From NCBI GenBank assembly GCA_003971905.1, contig RSEE01000042.1, positions 372,001 through 436,000 on the forward strand: a stretch of 64,000 nucleotides of DNA, read 5' to 3'. Positions within the stretch are counted from its first letter, which is position 1. Each line of letters opens with the position of its first letter. Positions 25,514-36,254 of this stretch are shown piece after piece. The DNA comes from Moniliella sp. 'wahieum'. Lineage: Eukaryota. The notes beneath the pieces are model-generated. The model did no database searches. It was not told where the DNA came from and was given only the letters and a program-made list of their open reading frames with translations. The position numbers and the translations under genes are program-made.

Positions 25514-26799
25514 TCAAAGTAGTGCCGTCTCTCGTAACGCATTCTGGACGATTGTATCCTTGATGTCCATAAAAACTTGTTCAATGTCTTTGGTGTCGGT
25601 AGCCTGCGTGAGGTGAGGGTAGATGGGAAGCTTGGCGCGGTTGAGCTGGGTGAAGCGCCACAGCACGTACCGCGCCGCTTTTTGAACGTCGGGTCCGCCC
25701 GTGTACTCGGGGAAGTATTTCTCCAGCGGCACGCGCTTGATCTTTTTCTGGAACACGTCCACCTTGTTCAGAAAGAGAATCACCGACGACCTGGCAAACC
25801 AGCGCGAGTTGACCACGGACTCAAACAGAACCAGAGATTCGTCCATGCGGTTCTGCGTCGGTTCCTCCAGCAGCACTTGGTCATACTCGGAGATAGCAAC
25901 GCAAAAGATAATGGACGTGACCGCCTCAAGCAATGGATCCATTTGAAGCGCTCCGACCGCTGGCCACCCACGTCAAAGAGGTGGATCACGAGATTGCCCA
26001 TGGTAAATGTGGTCTCGGTGATCGCCGTGCTCTTCGAGCGGGCTCGCAAAACGTCATCGTTGGTGGGAAGATAGCCTGGGGCAGCAATACGTTTGGCATT
26101 CTCGAAAAAGTAGGGCCCACTGTCCATGAGATAGAACTGGTCGCTGTGAAGATCGAGAAGTGTGCGCGTGACGGGCGCGTTCCATATTTGCTGTGCGTAG
26201 GCCCCCACTTCGGGCGTGAGAGGGTTGGCATCGTCCTCCAACGGGGAGGTCTGGGACGAGGGGGAGTGGGGGTTCCGATGGAGGATTTTCGTACTCATCG
26301 GCATTAGAGCCTGGTGCACTGGTGTCCGCGCCAGCGGGGTTGGAAGACTTGATGGTGAAGTTGAGGACCTTCTGGATGGCGAGGCGGGAAGGGGTGTCTT
26401 CGGGCTGGAGCTCGAACTTGACCAAAGCCATGGCGATGGTCTGAGCTGACTCGAGGAGGTTCTTGGCAATGATGAGGCGGTAGTAGTAAGAAGTTCAGCG
26501 TGGTTAAAGCCGTCCTTGTGGATGATCTTCATTTGCTTGCTGATGGTGCTCTTGCCGCTCTCGCCGCTGCCGAGGAGGAGGAGCTTGAAGGAGCGGGGCT
26601 CCTTCTTGACCGCAGCTGGAACAGAGGCAGATTTGGCGGTGGAGCCATTGGTGTGGGCGCCGTTGTTGGTGGATTGGGAGGCGGGGGCCAGGGAGGAGGA
26701 AGCGTCGGCAGCCTTCATGGCGCGGGCGGTGGGTTTAGTGGCAGATGGAGCCGGGGCAGACGCGGAGGCGTCGGGCGTGCTGCTGAAGCAGTTCCCCAT
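25514..26799 (-). CDS. Heterotrimeric G-protein alpha subunit, group III (cAMP-type, Gpa3/Gpa2-like), divergent
   Basis: MGNC acylation motif, [30 protein letters not shown], group-III-like [31 protein letters not shown]-terminus [10 protein letters not shown]. Confidence 0.93.
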
Positions 26800-28007
26800 G
26801 GTGTGGGCGGCAATGCATCCCCCTGTGGCAGGGATGAGTGTCTGGCGGGGGATGGGGGGGTGGTGGAGAGATGGGGGGGAGAGATGGGGGCGGGGGAGAG
26901 ATGGAGGCGGATGGATGGGGACGTGGATGCGCTGCGGCGGGGGCGAACGGGGCGAGTTGAATGTTCAAGTTGAACGTTCACGTTCCAATGCAAGTTGAAT
27001 GTTTGCCGGTTGCACGTACCAGGTTGCAGGCTGCAGTTGAGACGATTAACGTTTAACGTTTATCGTTTATCGTTTCACGCCCCGCAAGCGGCAAGCGCAC
27101 CTGCGAGAGAGCTGGCAGGGCGCCGTTCACGCTGCCCGGTTCACGTTCCCCGGGCATCGAGCATCGCCCACACATCCAACATCGAACGCTCCAGCCATGC
27201 GAGCGAAGGGGCACAGGTGGGCACGCACTCAGTGCTCGGATATTCAATATTCAATAGACCCTCCGACCCCACACTCAGTACTGAACTCAGTACTCAGTGC
27301 CATCTTCCCCTATGATGCCATGATGCATTCGGCCCCATACTCTGCCTTTCTATCAGTGGCACTCACACGCTCCCACATGGCCCACTGGGTATATGGGCAT
27401 AGCATTAATGTACCAACCCACCAGCAACCCGGTCGGTTCCCGTCTGTGCCGGTCTGTGCTCCCGCGCTTGACGGTGTAGTGTCAGCAGACTTTTATAAGC
27501 GAGCCATCATCCATTGCACCCCCATTCAACATGTCCCTCCGTTCGAGGTGAACCTTTGACGCCCGCAAGACCAAAACAAGCTAATCCAGATCTGACCGAT
27601 TCCAAGATCTCCTGTCACTCTCATTGATACGCGACAAGTGCATGTTGTGGCACAGCGTGGAAGGTGATTGGTCTTGTCTTCGACTCCTTCCCGACCTGCA
27701 TGGGATGACGGATCACACACACATTCCCACAGGATGTGGGTATGATCCTTGTTCTAGATCTTCCTTGCCCCCTTTGTGTCTCTTTCCCCTCATCACGCGT
27801 CGTCTACCGTGTGATAGCTTCTCCTTCTCCTCTGGTATATAAGGCGCCATTCCATGCAGCCTGAATGAATACCTGTCGGCATCCGAAGCAATCTCCCTCC
27901 TACATGGGAGAACCAATGCGTGCTCCTGCTCCAGAATGAGGAAGATTTCAGCTGCCTCAGGAGACAGCTGTCAGTATCTTCGTCGTCTTGTTCTACTTGA
28001 AGGCATC

Positions 28008-28863
28008 TGTCACGGGCGGGCGCCGCCAGGGGCCCGCCCTGGGGTTTTTGGGGTACAATCCCTTAGGAGACGGAAGGACGGATCACGGTAGTTTCGGGCT
28101 TGGGCTGGTTGGTGTATCCGAGCGGAGCTAGGGACGAGGAGAGGCCTTTGGTGGGGCGGCTGCACGTGTGGCAAGGCTGCGTCTGCACCGGCTTGGGCCG
28201 TAGTAACGTGTCTGAAGCCTCCGGGACTTAGGGACGGGAGGAGGCAGCGGCGGACAAACACTGCCTTAACTGAGACTGGGAATCGCCGCGGCCAAAGAGG
28301 GCTCGCGCGATGGGGTTGACGAAGGGCTGGAGGACGAGGTCGGAGGAGAAGTCGGACGCTAACAAGAAGAGCTGCCTGTACTGGATCAATTGGCTGGAAA
28401 CGGGCAGGAGTCGGACAGGATAGGCGGGAAAGGGACGAAGGTGGAGACGAGAGATGACGAGAGTGGGGACGAGAATGGAAGGTGGGGGAAAAGATCCCCA
28501 TCAACCAGGGGTACAGGCAGGATCAAAAGGAAACGGATACAAGAGGGGGTGTAGAAAGGAAGACATGTCAAAAGCGGGGTTGGTCGCCGCAGGCGCGACA
28601 GAGAAAGGAAACGGAAACGGGGACGGGACGGCAGATGCCGCCACGGCACTGGAAGCTCGGTGGCCTTATTTAGGCCGGCCGACTTGGACTTGGGCGGGGG
28701 GCGACTATTGTCGCGCGGAGCATGGCCCTTCGGCCACGATACTTGATTTAGCCAACCATCATCACACTTGGTTGGCCTGCGGAGCACGCTCTACTGGGCA
28801 TGTGCGGAGCAGGCGGGCCTTAGCTTGGGTCGGACCATCTCGTGTCCGCCGCAGCCCGTGACA
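28008..28863 (-). repeat. 3' LTR
   Basis: TG...CA ends with 10-bp terminal inverted repeat; direct repeat of 30370-31223. Confidence 0.95.
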
Positions 28864-29102
28864 TTACGCTCCTCTTCACAAGGCGTGTCCGCACGCCTTC
28901 CATGGATGGGCTTCCCTCTCTCCTAATAGCAACGGGGAGGGGGTGAAGGAGTGTACGCTTACCCATGCGCATCTCTCCTTTCCATGGTAAAGCAATCGCG
29001 AGGTATGCCCTTCGCTCCCTCGGTCTTTGGGCATACGATCGGCGTCAAACTCCTTTCGCGCCGACCAAACTTTGAACGGGGATTGGGTACTTGGATACTT
29101 GG

Positions 29103-29238
29103 CACGCCCCTCCTTCCTTCGAGCGTCGGGGGTGCGGGTTCAGGCTCTTGCTCCCACGCCCCTCCTTCCTTCGAGCGTCGGGGGTGTCAAGCTCTCTTCT
29201 CATTCGCACGCCCCTCCTTCCTTCGAGCATCGGGGGTG
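29103..29238. repeat. Three copies of a 32-bp core (CACGCCCCTCCTTCCTTCGAGCGTCGGGGGTG) at 52-bp period inside the LTR element
   Basis: Copies start at 29103, 29155 and 29207; one substitution in the third. Confidence 0.9.
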
Positions 29239-30369
29239 CGAGTCAAAGCCATCTTGAGAGCAGAGAAACCAAGAGGTAGAGGCGCTGTTGGCCCGCCGGC
29301 TAATGCTCGCCTCCTTTGAGACTTGGGGGAGAGTACAAGCTCCGCTGGCCCGCCTGCCAACGTTCGCTCGCACGAATACCAGGGCTTGATGTGGACTAGA
29401 AGGGGATCGGCGCGCTCCGCTGGCCTGCCTGCCAGCGTTCGTCCGTCGCATCACGCTCCCCTTCACAAGGCATGCCCACATGCCTACTTGGTAGGATAAA
29501 CACGGTAATTGGGCTTGCAGCCGTCGCCTCGCCTTATGGCGACCGGCGCTCCCACGCCCCATCCTCCTTATGCGCGTCCGCGCGCATCTCCTGGGCCTCC
29601 TCCTCTCCGAGGGGGGGACAGGAGTTAACCATCGAGAAAGAAGGAATAGAGCAACCGAAATTGACGTCACGGGCGAAGATCCTGAAAAAAAAATTCGCCT
29701 TGAGCTGTTGAAAACCGTCGCGAGCGTCCGAGGGTCTTGAGTGGTCGAGGGTTGGACCTCACTTGGAGACGATGAGCTGGGGTCGAAACCGGTTGGCCAT
29801 CAGGCCAGGCTCGAGTCGTCCATCGGGGAAGGGAATGAAAATCACCTCGCGCGGGGACTTGGAGGGTAGAGCAGCCGGGTGAACGCGAGCGTCTTGAATC
29901 GTACGCCGACTGGTACTGCTTGATGCGCGAGTGGTGGTGATGGAAAGCAACCAATCCGGGCGCGCTATTGGACGCGACCCAGAAACAAAAACAAACGAAC
30001 CGAGGATAAAGTTTCAAGGCTGATCGAATTTGAAGCGGCAACGAGGGCAAGAAGCTGGCCAAGCCTCAGAGTCATCGGGAGCCGGGGAAACCATCGGGGT
30101 GCAACGATTGGGGAGGGCCATCCAGGGCCTCGTCGCAACGGAGGGAGAGAAAGGGAGAAAGGGAAGGGAAGAGCGCCTTGGCATCGGGGACGACGAAACG
30201 GGGGATGCGCTCAAGGACTGAGGGTGAAAAACGGGGAGGGCACGTCTGCCCAACGGGAGGGGGAAACGGGAATGGGAAACGGCGACGACTTGCGCAGGCT
30301 TGAAAAGGGACCAGCCCAAAATAACGACGAACCTTGAGGACCTGCCTTGGGAACCCGGACCTTCCATTA

Positions 30370-31223
30370 TGTCACGGGCGGGCGCCGCCGGGGCCCGCCC
30401 TGGGGTTTTTGGGGTACAATCCCTTAGGAGACGGAAGGACGACTCACGGTCGTTTCGGGCTTGGGCTGGTTGGTGTATCCGAGCGGAGCTAGTGACGAGG
30501 AGAGGCCTTTGGTGGGCGGCTGCACGTGTGGCAAGGCTGCGTCTGCACCGGCTTGGGCCGTAGTAACGTGTCTGAAGCCTCCGGGACTTAGGGACGGGAG
30601 GAGGCAGCGGCGGACAAACACTGCCTTAACTGAGACTGGGAATCGCCGCGGCCAAAGGAGGGCTCGCGCGATGGGGTTGACGAAGGGCTGGAGGACGAGG
30701 TCGGAGGAGAAGTCGGACGCTAACAAGAAGAGCTGCCTGTACTGGATCAATTGGCTGGAAACGGGCAGGAGTCGGACAGGATAGGCGGGAAAGGGACGAA
30801 GGTGGAGACGAGAGATGACGAGAGTGGGGACGAGAATGGAAGGTGGGGGAAAAGATCCCCATCAACCAGGGGTACAGGCAGGATCAAAAGGGAAACGGAT
30901 ACAAGAGGGGGTGTAGAAAGGAAGACATGTCAAAAGCGGGGTTGGTCGCCGCAGGCGCGACAGAGAAAGGAAACGGAAACGGGGACGGGACGGCAGATGC
31001 CGCACGGCACTGGAAGCTCGGTGGCCTTATTTAGGCCGGCCGACTTGGACTTGGGCGGGGGGCGACTATTGTCGCGCGGAGCATGGCCCTTCGGCCACGA
31101 TACTTGATTTAGCCAACCATCATCACACTTGGTTGGCCTGCGGAGCACGCTCTACTGGGCATGTGCGGAGCAGGGGGCCTTAGCTTGGGTCGGACCATCT
31201 CGTGTCCGCCGCAGCCCGTGACA
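30370..31223 (-). repeat. 5' LTR
   Basis: Direct repeat of 28008-28863; followed on the minus strand by the putative primer-binding site 30368-30359. Confidence 0.95.
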
Positions 31224-31969
31224 GCATCCTGGCCTGTATGGTAAACGGTAAACGTATAGCTGGACCTGAACCGCTGGCTATAAGCACACGACTAAGTAGG
31301 GTTAGATTCGACCTTGCGTTGTTGGTGCTAGAACTCCGAAGGATCATGACCGGAAGTTGATGACGTTTTGAACGTTGATGCTTGAGCCTGATTCAACTGA
31401 ATAGTAGTGAGGACTGCAAATATACGTCAATGCTGCATGGGAGTCCGTCGCGTTGCCTTACCTGCTTTTGTCCCCCTCTTTTCGCTTCTTGGCATTCATA
31501 CACTTTTCACATCACTACTCGCCACATAGTAATATAAAAAAAGTAGAAGGAAATTGGACACGGTCTTGTTGTTTTTACTAAAGAACAGAGTAAAACACGA
31601 AACGCAGACATGAATAAACGCGAGAGAAAGATCAAGGATCTCGGGATCAGAACAGGGAGACTATTAATAGAGGGTATATACAGCACTGCAACCCAACATC
31701 CGCAATCGTCAATGCGCTCCAGGCAAACCATAAGGCCTGTCCTTCTCAAGAAGTCAAAGAGCGCAGAACTCGCAGCGGGAGGGCAGTCGGATGAACAAGA
31801 CCAGGAAGGGGAAACTGTTCAGAAAAGTATCCCTCTCATACATGCAGAGGGGGAAGAGGGGGGAAGGAGGGGTACTAAAAGGGAAACAAGACGAGGTAAT
31901 AGAAGGGAAACAAGACTCAGATCACGGCCCCGACGCCCCTGGCAACGGTGGGCGGGGCGTGGACCGTGC

Positions 31970-33990
31970 GTTCATAGAGTGGACACGGGAAGGCGTAGGC
32001 GTAGGCAAAGAGAAGAAGAGGACCACGAGCGCTCGCTCAGCCCACGACGAGGCGTTCGTTCCTCAACAGGGGGGGGGGGCTACGTTCCGGCTCCACAGTG
32101 GGATCGGCTCTCTCCCCTTTGGCACCGTCGTCAACTTGGTGCTTGGACCTCGACCACCTGGTGCTGGATCCGAGGAGCGAGGGCGAGGAGGACGGGGTGA
32201 GCTGTTGGGTATGGGTCCGTCAAGCCTGCTCCAAGGAATCAGCTTGGGGGGCGAGGAAACGTCGGGGCCAAAGATGGAATGGGTGGGTGAGTGGGGCGGA
32301 AAGAGATCCGAACCACCGTGAAGCGAAGGCGAAATCGAGAGCGACGAAGGGGGCGACTTGGGAACCCAAAGTGCTTCCGCTCGTCTCCGATGTGCGTGCC
32401 CACGTTTCTTCCGAAGGGGTACCAATGGGAGCCAGAGGCACGCCAACTCTTCTGCTCGAAGCAGATCGAGGCAAGGTGATGGAAGAAGGGTGTTGTAGCT
32501 GGTGGTCTGGGTAAATTGGATCCAGACGAACGGTAACCGACCGTACAGGAATCATACGTGGTCCGAGGCGCCGGGGAACGGCGTCTGAGGGAGAGGCTCG
32601 GAGCGCCCTCCCGTACCAAGGAAGAGAAGAGTGATGAAGAGGGGCCGAACACGAGCTGGATGAGCACCTGTGGTTCAGCATGGGTGTGGGCAAAACGTGA
32701 CGGACGGGAGGACGGGGGGTGAGCCAAACTGGCTTTTGTAGGCGTGAGAGGAGTTGGGCCAGAGGGAAATCCCGTCGAGAACGTGAACGGTGCGAGGACC
32801 GTGACCGCATTCGGGCATGGTGGAACGGGGCGGGAGGCTGATGAAACAGGAAGTACGTCCTGGGGTGAGGGAGGGGGAAGAAGGAACATGGTCAGTCGCT
32901 GGTCCACCCAGGGAGAACAGAAAATGGGCAAGGAGACATGCTATTCAACCGGGTCATCGCAGAGTGGAGTTGGGTAGGGGACGATGCCCTTGGAGGAGCA
33001 AAGGGACTGGGGATGGGAATAGGCGTCCCGGGTTAACTAAGCCAGGATGCTCCATCGGTAGCGTTGGAAAGTGGAGGGGGAAGAAAGAGGTTCTGGTTCG
33101 GTGACGGGACGGGTCCGTCTCCGACTGCAGCACCAGGGAACAGGTAGGTATACCACGGGGCCTTGGCGTCGGTAGAGTTTGGCGGAACAGGCATGGTATG
33201 GACTGATGGATATCGTCGTCAAAGAGAAGATCGGTATAATAGACAGGAAAAAAGAATGGGCACTTGTGCCTAATACACCTGGGGAAGTACAGTAACCCCA
33301 GGCCGGCCAGAGAGACGCTGAAAGGTACTAAGGTGCGTGGGAATAGCGTGGTGCGGGAGTCGATGGAGGTTTAGAGAATCCGAGGCGAGAGGAGGTGACG
33401 CGGTGACGCGCGAGGCGTGACTGAGGTGATCTGTGCTTGGTGATGTGGCGGTGGTGGCTTAGCTAGGTGTGCGGTAGCGACGGCTGATGTGGTCGAAAAG
33501 GTAGTACGCGCTGTGAGGACCGAGGATGGAGCGGGTCCTGGGTACACTGTTTGGAATGGTAGATGCCCACGGAGCTGGCGAATTGGTGTTTTGTGCCAGG
33601 GCGGGGCATTGATGCCACCAGCGCGCGGGGATGAAAAAGTGGAGGTGAGGGGTTGCTACTGCCCAGCCATGGAAGGTGCCTGGCCAAGGCCACGAAGGGA
33701 GTACCACCAAGTAGGCAAGACAACCGAGGGAACGCACACGGGGACAGAGCGGGGTTAGGGGGGTGCGGAGCTCAGGAGCTCACACGATAAGCGTGTGGGT
33801 CGAACACTGTGCTACAAAAGGACGCTCGGATGCTCTGGTGAATAGCGCTGAGGGAGGGCGGCAAGGGGCGTGGCAGTCGAGGCCGAAGAGGAGCAGGTGT
33901 GGGCGGGGAGATGGCGGAGCGTGGGGAGGGGGGAGGGGGTGGGGGTGGATGGGAGTGGCGGTGAAGGAGGGGGAGGGAGGGGGTATAGTG
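31970..33990 (-). CDS. Possible Ser/Pro-rich hypothetical protein, fragmented
   Basis: Overlapping minus-strand ORFs of 127-230 aa with S/P-rich composition and a pyrimidine-rich leader like those of neighbouring genes. No domain recognised. Confidence 0.3.
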
Positions 33991-35982
33991 ATGGTGGCGC
34001 GGCCCAAACTAACGCTCCGCAGCACTGCTGTGTGCTTTGAGATTTGAGCGCTGCGCCTCAGCGCTGGGCTTGAACCGAGGAAGGGTACACGTTAGACGGG
34101 ACGGGAATAGGGTGGCCATTGGTCATTTAATACGGACTAGCCCCTACGCGCTACGCTTTCTAAGAGCGGATGACGTCGATGACGCTGAGGATAGCGGCCC
34201 ACCTTGCCACCTCTCCGCCAGCACATCCAGCCAACACATCCGGGCAACGCATTCGCCTCCCCGCACAGCATCGGTTTGCGATGCAATGCGCCATCCGGTC
34301 GGTGTGGCTTTTGCGACAGAAGGGTCACGGGCTGGACCAATGCCGAGAAGACGATGGTTGCCGGGTATATAGGCAGCACAGCGTGCATCCCATCTCCGAT
34401 CGTGGATCTCCTGCCCTGCCGGCCTTGGCGTCTGGTGCCTGCGTACCGAAGAGTTAGCAAGGTGACAGGCAGCATTGCGGCGATAGAGGGCTACGCGCTA
34501 CACAGGCAAGTCGATTCCTCATAGACGGGACAGGGCGCAGCGTTGTGCACAGCACCGCACTGGCGCCGTGCCCAGTCTGGTGACGCGAGTGACGACAGTG
34601 GCCAGCTGCCAGTGACTGAGCTATAGTGAGACTGCCGTGTCGCGTTGCCCCGTGGGCAGCCGTTTTGCCACCGAATTGCCCCAGCGCGCATCCCCGGCGT
34701 AGCATCGCCTGCGGCCGCTGCCCTCCTCTCGCCCCGTCCCTCTCGCCTCGAACACCATCGACCTTCTCCGGTCGGCCAGCGGGGCAACTGCAATATTAAC
34801 CAGCGTTCAAACCGCCACCGGCCCTCAGGCGCGTAGCACTGGCCCACAGCCTCTAGCCTTACCGGTAACGGTTACCCTCACAGAGGCATCACGTATGTTA
34901 CAACGTCGCGTCCCGTACTGTCGTACACTACGCATCTCATAATTTTGTATCCAGTACAAAATGTCAGCCCCACGGTGGCCAATAGTAAATACGAGGCTGC
35001 GCTGGCTGAGGGTCCATATAGCAAAAAGCCAGTATACTTCCCCCCCCCCAATGTCTCTTCATGCTGAGGAGGAGGAAGGAAACCATCAGAAGAGATGATC
35101 GATGACATTGTATGCTTGGGGGGGAATACTAGAACAAGGAGACACAATTCAATTTGGGAATGACACAATCGAGTCGAAGAGATCCCAAGGGAAGATGTCA
35201 CAAAGCCCCCCGAGGACTTGGCTTGCTTTGATGGCTTATCGATCATCTCGTACAAAATTATCATTCTCTCTTTTCTCCCAAGGCGCACATGGATACTATA
35301 CTGTGAGGATATATCTACTAATGCACCCTGTGTCGGTGAAGCAGAGACAAAAACACGCCTCTCCTCGATGTATTATCGATGGGAATTAATCTGAACAGGA
35401 CCGTCTTTTCGTATAGTGCGAGAGTCTCGCCAAGGTCCTCAAGTCTGTGCTCTCCATCCCGGGTGCCCATGATTTCTATGAGAACCAATTGCGGGGAAGA
35501 AAAAGAAGGAAGACGTGATACGGATGATCGATGAGGTACCGTGGGCGCGAATAAGGGCCAGAAAAACGTTTGACGAATCGCAGGGGTGGAGGTTGAGTCA
35601 CTCATCATATACTCATCCCCCTCGCCAATCTTCTTCTAGCCTGTATCTCCAATCCGTCGTCCTCGGGCCATCCATGCATTTATACTTGTTCGAACCATAT
35701 AACCTGCCCACAGTCGACTGTTCTACCCCCCAACTCATGTGATCCATGCCGTCATGCCGTCTCTAGCCCATAAATCCCAGTGCTGACTGAACCCTGATTC
35801 CCTCGTCGCAGACTGGTTGCTTGTCTTATTCAATCCGAATCGAGATCCGAAACAGATATGATGGATTTGAGTGGTAATAGGGGCGAGAGCCAAGAGAAAG
35901 AGTAGCGATCGAAAGAGAACAGAAACGGAAAGGAGAAGAAAGAGAAAAAGAGAAAAAGAAAAAGAAGAAAAAAAGAGAAAAA

Positions 35983-35988
<6 letters not shown>

Positions 35989-36052
<64 letters not shown>
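35989..36052. repeat. (GA)n microsatellite, about 32 units, within a purine-rich tract
   Basis: Read directly. Confidence 0.97.
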
Positions 36053-36056
<4 letters not shown>

Positions 36057-36254
36057 AATCAAGTGGTGCTCCTGCACACGAGAAGAGATGGAGGGAGGTG
36101 GTGCAGGCGCATAGGGATCCAGGCACAGAGGAAGAAAAGCGACACTTTGATGGGTTGAGAGGGCGAGAGAGATGGGGAGAGACGAGACGAAGAGAGACGA
36201 AAAGCAAACCCATCCGTGCCCACAGGGCACAGGCAGAGATTACGTTTGGGTTTC

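Larger units (their letters stand above)
28008..31223 (-). mobile_element. Non-autonomous LTR retroelement (two ~855-bp LTRs, ~1.5-kb internal region with no recognisable gag/pol)
   Basis: Near-identical LTRs 28008-28863 and 30370-31223, each TGTCACGGGC...GCCCGTGACA. GCATC target-site duplication at 28003-28007 and 31224-31228. Purine tract GAAGAGGAGCGTAA before the left LTR on the minus strand sets the orientation. Confidence 0.95.

Noticed and set aside
29103..29238. Repeat-spacer pattern resembling a mini CRISPR array
   Set aside because: Eukaryotic context inside an LTR element, only three units, 20-bp spacers partly similar to each other, no cas genes.
30352..30369. tRNA-type PBS beginning TGG
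   Set aside because: The implied tRNA end (CCCGG-ACCTT-CCA) has too few acceptor-stem bases; complementarity to the LTR fits better.
35826..36230. ORFs with poly-SL or poly-RE tracts
   Set aside because: Translations of the (GA)n microsatellite.
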